NCBI GenBank assembly: GCA_028534125.1
Contig: CM052839.1
Coordinates: 45,198,001 to 45,262,000 of the forward strand
Reading direction: 5' to 3'
From: Lama glama
Lineage: Eukaryota
DNA: 64,000 nucleotides
Below the pieces are notes generated by a model. That model worked only from the letters and a program-made list of their open reading frames with translations. It did not search any database and was not told where the DNA came from. Shown piece after piece: positions 33,581 through 46,983 of the stretch (position 1 is its first letter; each line of letters opens with the position of its first letter). The position numbers were made by a program, and so were the translations under genes.

Positions 33581-35276
33581 CTGCCGAAGGAGAGAGTGGT
33601 TACGGGGCGGCTCTGCGGCCCAGCCACCGGGCTGCACCCGGCCCCCTAGGTGCACCCAAGGGGCCAGCAAGACCTGCTCCCACCCCCACAGCCCCCTGAC
33701 TCACTGCGGTCTGAGCTTTCGCACCCTGACCGTTGCTCCAGGACTCCACACTCGGAGGCACGGCCACCAGGCCCAGGGCAGGTGGACACACGGGGCGGTG
33801 GCCATGGCAGCCCAAGTCTGGGTGCTGCACTGGCCTCTCCCGGGGACACGGGGCTGGCAGAGCTGCCGAGGCCAGCTTGACTCCCACTTCTGGGGGCTCC
33901 TGGACACCCCTCCATGAGGTCAGGGTCTCAGGGCTACGGGGACCTCCTCCCACATATCTCAGACTGACCACCTCACCCCTCCAGAGCATGCCCTAGGGGC
34001 TGTCATCATTGCCAAAGCTATGGGACAGCGCTGGGAGGGGGCTGGGAGAGCCGGAGTTGGGGCAGGAGGGGGACTCAGGCCCCACTAAGTGGGATTGCGG
34101 ACTCGCCTGCTGGCCACGTGCCAGGCTCTGGGCAGCTAGGGGTCGGGGCCAGGAGACACAAGACCTGTCTACCTCCAAGGCATGGGGACCCCACAGTCCC
34201 CAAAGTCAGGCAGCAGAGTCCGTCCACACAGCCCGGCATTTCCGAGTCACCCTCTTGCTGAGCGCACACCGAAGACCCCCTGTTGCTGTTTCCATCCTGA
34301 GGACAATGGGAACCCCCCTCTACAGCACCTGGTCCATGGGAGCCCCCACCTCACGGCTGCCCCGCACCAGATGGGGAAGCTGGTGCCCAGGCATCACATG
34401 CCCCCAAACACAAACTAGGGCTCCGAGCTGCCCCCGTCCCCTGCAGAGCGGGGGCTTTGGGGACGCTCGGCCCATCTGATGCCCACAGGACGGCAAGGTG
34501 GGTCCCAATCGGACAGCACGCTGGGCTGGCAGCTCCACCCCGTTCTGCCCTCCTGTCGCACGAGCCTGGCTCCAGTGCACGCCCCTTCCCCTGTTCCCTG
34601 AGGACTCTGCCTTCCATTCAGCCCCTGGAGGTTTCCCACCTGCGCCCAGCCCCTCTGCCCACTTAGCACCCCAACCCGTCAGCTCCCAGTGGCTGATGCC
34701 TCAGGACCCAGTCGCGCCCTGCCCCAGCACACCTGTCATCACAGGTCGCTCAGGGCAGAGCAGGTCTCAGCAGCACCTCACTGGGTCCTAACTGGCCACC
34801 GAGGTGCTGCCACACCTGTCTCCCCTGGACAGGAGGAAACAGAGGCTCAGCAATGGGGAGGCACCTGCCCCGGGGGGGACAGCTGACCTCTGACTAATGT
34901 GCTTGTGCTTCGCGGTCTTCTGCTCCCCCATGGGAAGCCAGGGCTGCCAGCTAATGGGGTATCTGAGAGGGCTTCCTGGAGGCAGTGTGAGCCCAACAGC
35001 CTGGTCTCTGAGCCTGTTTCTGACACCCACACACGGAGAAGAGAGGCCCGCTATGTGGGGACCAGCAGGGGCCAGGGGCCAGGAGAGCAGGGGAAACCCG
35101 CTCAGCCTGCCCCTGGAGACCCTGGAACCCTGCTGCGTCCCCCACTCCCATGGGACTGGGAGACATACCTTCCCTGGGGCCTCCACAGGTAAGGCTTCAG
35201 GGGTGCCTGCGTGTGAGTGTGTGTGTGCGCCACCACCCCACCCCCAGGTAGGCCCCCACCAGGCTCTCCCACCCAG

Positions 35277-35776
35277 NNNNNNNNNNNNNNNNNNNNNNNN
35301 NNNNNNNNNNNNNNNNNNNNNNNNNNNNNNNNNNNNNNNNNNNNNNNNNNNNNNNNNNNNNNNNNNNNNNNNNNNNNNNNNNNNNNNNNNNNNNNNNNNN
35401 NNNNNNNNNNNNNNNNNNNNNNNNNNNNNNNNNNNNNNNNNNNNNNNNNNNNNNNNNNNNNNNNNNNNNNNNNNNNNNNNNNNNNNNNNNNNNNNNNNNN
35501 NNNNNNNNNNNNNNNNNNNNNNNNNNNNNNNNNNNNNNNNNNNNNNNNNNNNNNNNNNNNNNNNNNNNNNNNNNNNNNNNNNNNNNNNNNNNNNNNNNNN
35601 NNNNNNNNNNNNNNNNNNNNNNNNNNNNNNNNNNNNNNNNNNNNNNNNNNNNNNNNNNNNNNNNNNNNNNNNNNNNNNNNNNNNNNNNNNNNNNNNNNNN
35701 NNNNNNNNNNNNNNNNNNNNNNNNNNNNNNNNNNNNNNNNNNNNNNNNNNNNNNNNNNNNNNNNNNNNNNNNNNNN
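35277..35776. other. Assembly gap of exactly 500 N
   Basis: Round-number N run; a scaffolding placeholder rather than a measured gap size. Confidence 0.99.
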
Positions 35777-35802
35777 GAAGATCAAAGAGATCACCGTCAA
35801 AG
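35777..35802 (+). CDS. CEP131: CEP131 partial exon (5' part lost in the gap)
   Basis: KIKEITVK G|gtgagg; phase 1 joins the 36382 exon. Confidence 0.85.
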
Positions 35803-38800
35803 GTGAGGGCCGCGCCAGCGGCGCGCACGGGGAGGGGCTTCCCGGGAAGCACTGAGACTCAGGGGTGTGGCCCGGCCGGGGAGGCCACCAGGAGCGGGGG
35901 AGCTGGGGGCACTCGAGCTTGGCTGTAGACCAGCATCAAGGGCCCCGTCTAGGTGGGGGGCCTCGCCGGCCCTTGGACGGGCTCCCCTCCAGCTTCCAAG
36001 GGGGCGAGTGGGTGGGGGCTCGCGTTGGGGGCTGCCTGCCTGCTGCATGGTCGCACCTCCCCCATGTAGAGAGCCCTCCGAGGGCCAATGGGACAACCCC
36101 AGCTGTGCCCGTCTATGCCTGGCTCTCCTGCCCCAGTAACCCCCTCTCCATGGGGAGACCCCACGGCCCGGAGCGCCAAGGGGGTAGCCATGGTGCCCCA
36201 GGCAGGGAGATGTGCTGTAGCCCCAGTGGGCTCAGCTGTGCTCCATGCTGGAGCCCCCCGGGGCCCCCTAGCGGCCGGGGTGTCACAGTGGGCAGAGGTC
36301 GGGGGTCCCTCCCAGCCCAGGAAGGAGGGGCAGGACCCCGCAGTGGTGGGGGTGGGTCCCTGCAGCACGGTGTCCCCCCAGGCCTGGAGCCCGAGATCCA
36401 GAAGCTGATCGCCAGGCACAAGCAGGAGGTGAAGAAGCTCAAGAGCCTGCACGCAGCCGAGTTGCTACAGGCGGATGAGCGTGCGGCCGAGCGCTACGGG
36501 CGCCAGGCCGAGGAGCTCCGCCAGCACCTGGAGCGGGAGAAGGAGGCGCTGGGCCGGCAGGAGTGGGAGCGTGCCCAGCAGCGGTGGGCCCCCCTACCCC
36601 GGGGACATGGGGGTGGGGCGAGGCCAGAGCAGAGCTGGGGTGTGCCCGGACCCCCAGGGCCAAGAGCACCTCCCCATGGCCGCCCTCAGGGGACAGAGAA
36701 GACAGGGAGGGGGACAGCGGGACGCAGGGCTGGGTGCGGCGGCCTCCCCGGGGCAGCTGCAGCTGTCCCAGCAGTTCAGCTCCCAGGGACACGCTCTGCC
36801 AGCGTGGACCCCGCAACCCTGGGTGTGAGGCCCTCCCTGGGCCAGCTGCCCCCGAGCCGGTCCTGCTGTCCCTCTGCAGCTTCGAGCAGCACCTGGAGCA
36901 GGAGCAGCGGGCCCTGGAGCAGCAGCGGCGGCGGCTCCACAGCGAGGTGGCCGAGGAGAAGGAGCGGCTGGGCCAGCAGGCCGCCAGGTGCCCCGGGGGA
37001 CGACCCGGACCCACGCAGCCGACCCGCCACCGTCGCTGCGGACTGACCCGTGCTCTCCTGCAGGCAGCGGGCGGAGCTGGAGGAGCTGAGGCAGCAGCTG
37101 GAGGAGAGCAGCTCGGCCGGGGGCCGGGCCCTACGGGCTGAGTTTGAGAAGCGGAGAGAGGAGCAGGAGCGCCGGCACCGGGTCGGCCCTGCCCCCGCCC
37201 CCCAGCTCAGCCCGGGGCACCCACACTGCAGGGGAGGGGCCGCCACCGGGGCTGGCCCCCACCTGCCGGGCTGGCAGCCGCTTAGAGCATTGGGCGAGCC
37301 TGTGTCCCCACGACTGGTCTGCCCAGCCAGCTCCCCACAGACCCCAGCTTGACCGCAGGCCCCGTCCAGGCCCCCCCGGCAGACAGGCTCTGGGTGCGGA
37401 GTGGCCCACAAGGCCCGCTCTCACACCGTCATCCGTCCCCAGATGGAGCTGAAGGCCCTGAAGGACCAGCTGGAGGTGGAGAAACAGATGTGGGAGGCCA
37501 ACTCCGCCAAGAAGGAGGTGGGAAGCGGGTGTGGCTGGGCTGGGGGGTGGGGGCTTCCCTCCCTCCGTCCCTCCCTCCCCTCCCTCCCTCCCTCCCCTCC
37601 TGCCCAGCACCCCCAGCTACCCAGGCTGCTGTGGCTGCCTGGGTGCCTGTGGGTGGGCGGTGTGATTCTGACCCTGCTTGAATGTGCTGCCTCTGTCCTG
37701 CTAGAGGGAAGCAGGGGAGACGAGGGGGCTGGAGCAGGTTCCATGGGACAGTGGGGTATTTTCCTCATCCTCCCCTTGTCCAGGTAGCTGCTCTCAAAAT
37801 TGACAGGCTACCCTGCAGCCAGTGTGAGGGGCACAGGTGGGGTCAGGCCTCTCCTTGTCCCCTCTGGCCTTCCGGGGGTGGACTGCGCTGGCAGGCTCTC
37901 CTGCTCTAATGGAAGAGGCCATGGCGGAGAGGACACGGTCCCATGCAAGGCATCAGCCTGGCGACGAAACCTGAGCGGTGGCCTAGCAGCCACCCTGTCC
38001 CCGCCCTAGCAGTGCATGGAGGGTCACTGTATCTGTGGGGTCTGTTCGCAGACGTGAGCGTGTTAAACTTGATGGAAGTTTTAAAATTGCCTTCCCACCC
38101 TCGGCAGTCAGATGAGGTCCCTTTTATTGTGAGGGTCCGTCTGGCAGCAGACATTCCTCATCGTGTTGTCCCGGGTCTCTGGGTTGGGGAGAAGCACCAG
38201 GCTGTGCTGACAGCTCCTGCTTATGCCCCTGATGACGGCCCGGCCCCCACCCCTGCGGACAGGTGGGGCCTGGGGCAGGGGCAGGCCACTCCATCCCCCC
38301 TGTCGGGTGTCCTGGGAGCCCACGTGGCCCTCCTGGCCCTTGGCCTCCCTCAGCCTCCCTCCGCCACCCTCAGCCAGCCCACTGAGCCCCCTGCCTCCCC
38401 GCCAGGAAGCATGGTTGCTGAGCCGGGAGCGGGAGCTGAAGGAGGAGGTCCGGAGAGGCCGAGACGAGGAGATCGAGCGGGTCGTCCGCCGGCTGGAGGC
38501 CGACATGACGCTGGCCAGGGAGGAGAGTGAGCGGGCGGCCGAGAGCCGGTGAGGCCCCGCGTCCCGGGGGGGGGGGGCGGGGAAGCCCGCTGTGCGCTGC
38601 CCCGACCCCGCCCCTCCTGCCGCCAGCGTCAAGCGCGTCAGGGACAAGTACGAGGCGGAGCTCTCGGAGCTGGAAAGATCGGAGCGGAAGCTCCAGGAAC
38701 GGTGTGCGGAGCTGAAGGGGCGCCTCGGGGAGGCCGAGGGGGAGAACGTGCGTCTGCAGGGCCTGGTGCGGCAGAAGGAGAAGGAGCTGGCAGACATGAG

Positions 38801-40002
38801 GGCGGTGAGCAGGTGGGATGGGCAGCCCGGCCCCCGGTTCCCCCACCGCCCGCGCCGCCCGCACCCTCCCATGACCCCACATCCCCCAGGTGAACGAGCA
38901 GCTGGCCGGCGAGCGCAGCAGCCTGGCCCAGGTCCTTCGCCAGGAGTTCGCTGACCGGCTGGCAGCCTCCGAGGAGGAGAACCGGCAGGTCAGGGCCGAG
39001 CTGGCTGAGCTGCGGGCCCGCCGGCGGCTGGAGCTAGAGCAGCTGACGAGGGAGAAGCAGGCGGAGCTGGAGGAGGTGCACGGGAGGTGTGCTGCAGGGC
39101 TGGCTGGGTCCTCGGGGAGCGCAGGGGCAGGGAGGCGGGCAGGACCCCGCGGCTCCAAAAAGGACGGTGGGCCGAGGAAGGTGAGCGGGCGGCGTGCCCA
39201 TCTTGCTGCCTCCTTCCCGCTGGTGCAGAGCTGGGCCCTGCAGCCACGGCTGCTGCCGGCTCCGCTCCGTGTTTGAGGCTAGGTCATTCCCTCTGGGTGG
39301 TGCTTGGCTGCCGGCCCCAGGAAGAAGCCTGGCCGCCCCGAGTCAGGGCAAGTGCCCCCCGTGCGGGTGTTGGGAAAGGAGCCCCCTGGGCTGGTCAGAG
39401 CAGGTGCCATGCAGAAGGGAAGGAGGCCCTGTGAGGCCACAGTGAGCAGGTGTGCCCCTCCCCGGGGACCCCAGAGGCCTTCCTAGCCCCTGCCCACCTA
39501 CCCTCTGTGGGCTCTGAGAGGCAGGCGTGCGGTGAGGGCTTCTTGTCCCCCTGTAAGCAGGGCCCCTTCCCAAGGGGCGTGGACTCACACGGGGCCTGCC
39601 ACAAGGTCACACACAGGGCCTGTTGTCAGCTGCTCCAGGTGGCCCTGTGCCCTCAGTCAGCAGGGCTGGGACGGGGGTGGCAGGACAGTGGCCCCTCCTG
39701 CTCTTCGGGGGGTGGAGGACCCCCACTTGGAGCTGCAGGCTGGCCTGGGGGTCCGGTGGGCGCCGCACAGAAGCCCACTATGCGCACCCCTGCAGGGTGA
39801 AGGTGGCCCTGGCAAAGAAGGAGGAGGCCGTGAACAGCCTCCGGAAGCAGCACGAGGTGGGTCCTCGCGGCTGGCGGCCTGGGGGCGGGCAGGGGAGCTC
39901 AGGCCTGACCCCGATGGCACGTTGCAGGCCGCGATGAAGCGGGCCGACCACCTGGAGGAGCTGCTGGAGCAGCACGGGCGGCCATTTCCGAGCACCAAGT
40001 GA
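35777..40002 (+). CDS. CEP131: CEP131 / AZI1, last 10 coding exons (first one truncated by the gap)
   Basis: Phase-compatible exons encode the coiled-coil C-terminus KIKEITVKGLEPEIQKLIARHKQE...RADHLEELLEQHGRPFPSTK*. Confidence 0.96.
36382..36583 (+). CDS. CEP131: CEP131 exon
   Basis: ccccag|GCCTGGAG...CAGCG|gtgggc; LEPEIQKLIARHKQEVKKLKSLH...ERAQQR (202 nt). Confidence 0.95.
36880..36987 (+). CDS. CEP131: CEP131 exon
   Basis: FEQHLEQEQRALEQQRRRLHSEVAEEKERLGQQAAR (108 nt). Confidence 0.95.
37064..37181 (+). CDS. CEP131: CEP131 exon
   Basis: QRAELEELRQQLEESSSAGGRALRAEFEKRREEQERRHR (118 nt); weak donor CGG|gtcggc. Confidence 0.92.
37443..37517 (+). CDS. CEP131: CEP131 exon
   Basis: MELKALKDQLEVEKQMWEANSAKKE (75 nt). 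Confidence 0.94.
37555..37600. repeat. (CCCT)n simple repeat
   Basis: Imperfect ccct tetramers in a CEP131 intron. Confidence 0.7.
38406..38548 (+). CDS. CEP131: CEP131 exon
   Basis: EAWLLSRERELKEEVRRGRDEEIERVVRRLEADMTLAREESERAAESR (143 nt). Confidence 0.95.
38627..38804 (+). CDS. CEP131: CEP131 exon
   Basis: VKRVRDKYEAELSELERSERKLQERCAELKGRLGEAEGENVRLQGLVRQKEKELADMRA (178 nt). Confidence 0.95.
38890..39086 (+). CDS. CEP131: CEP131 exon
   Basis: VNEQLAGERSSLAQVLRQEFADRL...EKQAELEEVHGR (197 nt). Confidence 0.95.
39796..39856 (+). CDS. CEP131: CEP131 penultimate exon
   Basis: VKVALAKKEEAVNSLRKQHE (61 nt). Confidence 0.95.
39928..40002 (+). CDS. CEP131: CEP131 last coding exon
   Basis: ttgcag|GCCGCGATG...ACCAAGTGA; AAMKRADHLEELLEQHGRPFPSTK*. 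Confidence 0.95.
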   Translation, partial: AAMKRADHLEELLEQHGRPFPSTK

Positions 40003-40073
40003 CTGCCAGCGTGTGGATAGTGGACATTCTGACAGCAGCAGGCTGAGGGCGCCCCATGGGGAGAGCGCCATAA

Positions 40074-40079
40074 CATAAA
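40074..40079 (+). terminator. Probable variant polyadenylation signal (CATAAA) of CEP131
   Basis: About 70 nt after the stop, followed by a T/GT-rich tract; no AATAAA seen nearby. Confidence 0.55.
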
Positions 40080-41719
40080 GTGGTGTTTTTTTGTACTTCG
40101 TGTGACCTGCCTCGTCTGTCTCTCCTGGGCTGGGGTCCAGAGTGGCGGGGGCAGAGGCCACTGGAGGGCCCCCCCACGGAGGGCCCAGGCATGGGGGCCC
40201 TGACCCGGCTCTGCTCTCAGCCTGCCCCCAATGTTCCCTGCCTGGCCCTGCAGCCCCTCAGCTTGGGCCCTGGTCCCCGAGCAGAGAGTGGCTCTCTGTT
40301 CTGTCCTGGACAAGCCCTGTGGCACTCAGGCCCCTGCTCGCCACACCCCACCCCTGTCCCCAGAGGAGCTCTGTGCTTCCTCCCCTACCCTTCCACGGCT
40401 GGAGAACGGGCCAGCCTCCCTGAGGCCTTCTCCTTCCTTCCCCTACTTGGGGCACCCCCTGGGGGTGTGACAGCCTGGAGCCCTCGAGGAATGAGCACTG
40501 GACAGGCCCTGCACACAAGGAGGGTGGAGGCCTAGGCGCGGGAGCAAGAGCCCAGCACAGGAGACACTTCTCTGGGGCCTTGTCTCCCCCACCCTCCTGC
40601 CGGGCGCTCCGTCACAGCTGCTGCCGCCACCCGCCAAGGGTGCTGGGACCAGGCTGCTGGGGAGAGCTGGTGCTGGCCAGGATGGCCCTCCTACTGGCAT
40701 GGGTGTCACACGGCCGTGGGGCTGCACGGGGCTGCCCTGGTGGAGGTGGAGCCCCTTCCGAGCCCTCTAAAGGCCCCGGGGGCAGGGCTCTCTGGTGTGG
40801 GTCCCGGCTGCAGCCACTCTCAGTCCCAGCACAGGATGGCTGCTCCCCCCTTGTGCTGGAGCCTACCCTGCGCAGAGCCCAGGGCGAGCACCGGGTGCGG
40901 CAGGCAGCGAGGGGAGCGGGCTGCCCTGGCCTGACCCGTCCCGGGGCGGAGAGCCCGGCCTGGTCCCAGGCAGAGCGCGAGTGCTGTCCGCGGCCCCTCC
41001 ATCGCTGCCAGGCGAGGAACAGTCCTCGCAGCCCCTCCGGCTCTGACTGGGGCTCCCAGGCCAAGGGCTTGAGGTGAGGAGGGGACCCGCCCAGTCGCCC
41101 TCAGGGGTCCCAGCACCGCCTGCCTCCCCTCACACAGCTTTGTCCCTGGAGCACCCACACACCCACACACACCCCGCCTGCTGCTCTGAGAGCCAGGCTG
41201 GCCATTCGAGGCATTCCTCCCGAGTGCCAGAAAAGAGATGAGGAGGGGCTGGACTCCAGGAGCAAGGGCTCGGAGGGGGCCCTGCCAGGGAGGGGCAGCG
41301 GGCGGCCAGCTCAGTGGGCTGCGGGCTTCAGGTGCTGGGCCTGCCTGAGCCTCCCTGAGCTGCCGCAGAAGCAGAGGGAGTTGGCTGCTGGCTGGTCTCC
41401 AGGCGGGGGGCTTGGGGAGGGCAGGGATCAAACAGGGGCAGAAACAGCTCGTCCTGACAGGCCTTTGGACACTCTGACCTGCCCCCAGATGTAGTTTTAT
41501 CTGGGAGCTGCTGGGGGAAGTGGCTGTAAGTTACCAAACCAGGGTATTTTTGCAAGTAAGGGTTTCAGCAGATGGGAAGACAGACCCTTGAGGAAACTTT
41601 CAGAGAGAGGCGGTGGGGATGGGGTGGCTCTTTCTTGGCAACCAGAGAAGCAGCAGGGAAACGGACAGTGGGGCCTTTCCAGTCAGGGAGACGGTGCCCG
41701 ATTCCTTATTTACAGCTTT

Positions 41720-41830
41720 CTGTTCATCTGTCCATTCGTTTGTTCTTCCATCCATCCACCCATCCATTTATCTGTTCATTTGTTCATTCATTAATTTGCT
41801 CATTCCTCCGTCTGTCCGTCTGTCCACCCG
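41720..41830. repeat. (TCCA/TTCA)n degenerate microsatellite, possibly an L2 tail
   Basis: tccatccatccacccatccatttatctgttcatttgttcattcatt. Confidence 0.7.
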
Positions 41831-42254
41831 TTGACGAGGACAGGCAGGGCGCCCCTCCTGGGCCGGCCTCTGCATCCCATGCGCCCCCGACCTCTGCTGC
41901 TGTCTCAGCTCTTCGCTTTAATCTTACTCAGGTGTTCTGTGGTTTTGTGTCACAGAGAAGGCGTCTACTCCTGACACGAAGGGGCTTGGGCTTTGTGTCA
42001 CCCTGGCCTCCGTCCTGCCCACGACCTGCCCATGAGCCTCGCGGTGGCATCTCACATGTCCCAGCTGGTGGGAGCGTGTCCCTGAGAGGCCAGAATGGTG
42101 GGGGTGGGAAGAGGCTCTGGCACCTGCGCAGGTGTGCTCCAGGGGGAGGGGACTGAGACGCCCTCCCGCTCCCCACGGGTAGGGAGAGTAGGCGGGGGGC
42201 TCTGTGCCCTTGGGTGGGGGCCGGCCTCCCAGGAAAGGTTTCCTCAGCTTTTAG

Positions 42255-42570
42255 CTCCTCGGTTATTTCCTTGTGTTTTTCGAGTCGTCTTGTCTTTACT
42301 GGCTTCTTTCCTGCTCGCTTTCTCAGCTCCCGGGAGAGGAACTCAGGGCTGCCGCTGTGGCTGCGCGTCGCCGTTTTTTCATTTCAGCCGGCTCATTTTT
42401 GCTTTACGCATTCTGAGGCTGTGTTAGGAGGTGCATCCATATTTAGAGCTGTGTGCTTTCCCGATGAATTGACCCTTTATCTTTACAAACTGTCCCTCTT
42501 TGCCTCGCAGTGTTTCTTGCCTTAAAGTCTCCTTCAGCCGACAGTAGCAGCCACGCCAGCTCCCCCCACG
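42255..42570 (-). mobile_element. Ancient L1 (L1M) ORF2 endonuclease-region fragment
   Basis: Minus-strand translation LRGKEGQFVKIKGQF resembles L1 ORF2 RDKEGHFIMIKGSI; nucleotide pattern gtgcatccatatttag...gatgaattgacccttt; recognised from memory of the consensus. Confidence 0.75.
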
Positions 42571-42959
42571 TGGCGTCTGCACGGTGCGCCTCCCCTCAGC
42601 CTTCCTGCGCCAAACGCAGCCCAGCCGCAGACAATATGCAAACGAATGGGTGTGGCCAGGTGTGCTCTGCATTGACTTGAATTTGGCCCCTGGTTCTGGA
42701 AGGACTACTTTTGCTCTGGCAACACTTAGGCAGGGGTGGGGCTGGCCGAGACTGGGCCGCTCAGTCTTACCCCACAGGCCCCACAAGCAAAGACCCTCCT
42801 CCGTGGCAGGTAGTGGACGCCCTCCTCAGCCGCTCGGCCTCTTGGCCGCTGTTACCAGCTGCAGACCCTGCCAGGGACCCTGTGCCGACAGCAGGCTCAC
42901 CTCCCCGGCTTTCCTTCCCGAGATCTAAGAACCCACGTCCTGGATGCTTTCCTTGCTCA

Positions 42960-43290
42960 TAGCAGACACAGTGTGTAAGCCAGTGGCTTGGTGAACTCGG
43001 GGGTGGTGAGTGCGGTGGAGAAACAGAGCAGTGGGGAGGCCAGTGTGGCTGCAGTAGGGGTGGGAGGGCCTGGGAGCATGTGAATGTCTCAAGGACCTGG
43101 CTCAACTGTGTGGAAAGGAGGCTCTAGAAATTTCCAAGTGAGGTGACGGGTCTGACTTCTATTTTGAAAGGAACTCTGGCTGCTATGTTGGGAGCCCACT
43201 GTTGGAGGGTAGAAGCAGGGAGACCAATGTAGGGGAACAGGTGGTCATCCAAGCAAGAGGTGGTGGTGGCCAGGTGGGGGGGTGGGGGTC
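42960..43290 (-). mobile_element. L2 LINE fragment
   Basis: gaggccagtgtggctgcag...ttttgaaaggaactctggctgct...gaagcagggagacca, a typical L2 3' region pattern. Confidence 0.7.
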
Positions 43291-44544
43291 TCCGGTGCAC
43301 GTCGAGGGCAACACTAGTGGGGTTACCTTGCGGGGCGGGGAGACGAGGTGAGGATGGTGTGAGCCGGGAGTACACGCGGCTGCTACAGGCAGACCCTGGT
43401 AAGTCTGTCTGCCTTGGCGCCTGCGGCAGCTCAGCATGGGGGGTCCTGGGGGCAGTGCCTTCACCCGGGGGATGAGCCAGCCACCTTTGGCTCCTCCATC
43501 CGAGAGGGTCTGGAGTCCCACGGCAGCTGGAGGAGGGAACCTGTGGCTCCCACGTGGACACAAGCAGGGGGCGGGGCTGGGGGCCAGCGCTCTCAGCAAC
43601 CAGTCCCCAGGGTGGGGGGTGGAGCACAGCCATGCCTTGTGCGTGGTGACCATGGGCCCCCTGCCAGAGCAGCCCACGGCAGCTCTGAGAAGTGGGCAGC
43701 TGTGGGTGGGACACCAGGGGAAGATGGCTCTCAGCCTTGGGCACGTCAAGTCAGGTGCCTCCATCTGAAGTGGGCAGCCAGAACCAGCAGAGGAGCCTGG
43801 AGTCTGGCGTATGGGAGAGAGGCCTGCGCGGGAGCTGCCGGCACGCAGGTGCTAACCCAGGAGATGGGAGCCCGCTAGGTGCGCAAGCGCGAGTGTGGGA
43901 GGAGCAGAGGCTGGGGCGGGCCAGGTGGCTTGGGGTGGGGCAGCAGGACTCCTGCAGGAAGAGCTGGGGAGAAGGGGAGGGGCAGGGAGACGTGGTCACC
44001 AGAGATGCGAGTCCTGGATGCATCCAGTCCTCAGTGCAGGGTGCAGGGCTCCTGCCAGGCGCCTGGGGCCTCACCCTGGGGCTGCAGCTGTCCCCACACT
44101 CTGCTCACACTGCTGCCGTATGGACTCCCAGCGGCCTCGGACCCAGCCTGGTGAGGAGCCTGTGCAGAGCCCAGCTCAGGCTGGGGAAGAAGGTGGTCTA
44201 GGGTCCAGAGAGCACCGAGCTGGGAGGGCTGACCTGGGAGGGCCGGGGCTGGAGGTGGGACCGCCCTCCGAGGGTGCCCCAGTGAAGTAGGCACAAGAGG
44301 GGCAGGGGCTGGGCGCACCCCCCGTGCTCCCCTGCCCCCAGCCTTCCCCCAGAGACCCACGGCCCTGTCCCCAGCCCACTGACCCCGCACCTCCCCCCAC
44401 ACACACCCAGGCCCAGGTTCACGCAACGCTGTTCTTTCCCGTCTTCCTGGCACAAGCCACGCCTCCCCCGTGGCCTTCCCCACGGGCACACGCGTGGCCC
44501 ACGATGCCCCGGGGGACACCCACCAGCCGGCACTGGGCCTGGTG

Positions 44545-46983
<2,439 letters not shown>

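Noticed and set aside
34788-35928. ORFs containing long X runs
   Set aside because: Artefacts of translating through the N gap.
44419-44544. C-terminal extension of PVALEF as a new functional domain
   Set aside because: Unreachable after the upstream TAA and frameshift; best explained as decay of the stop codon.
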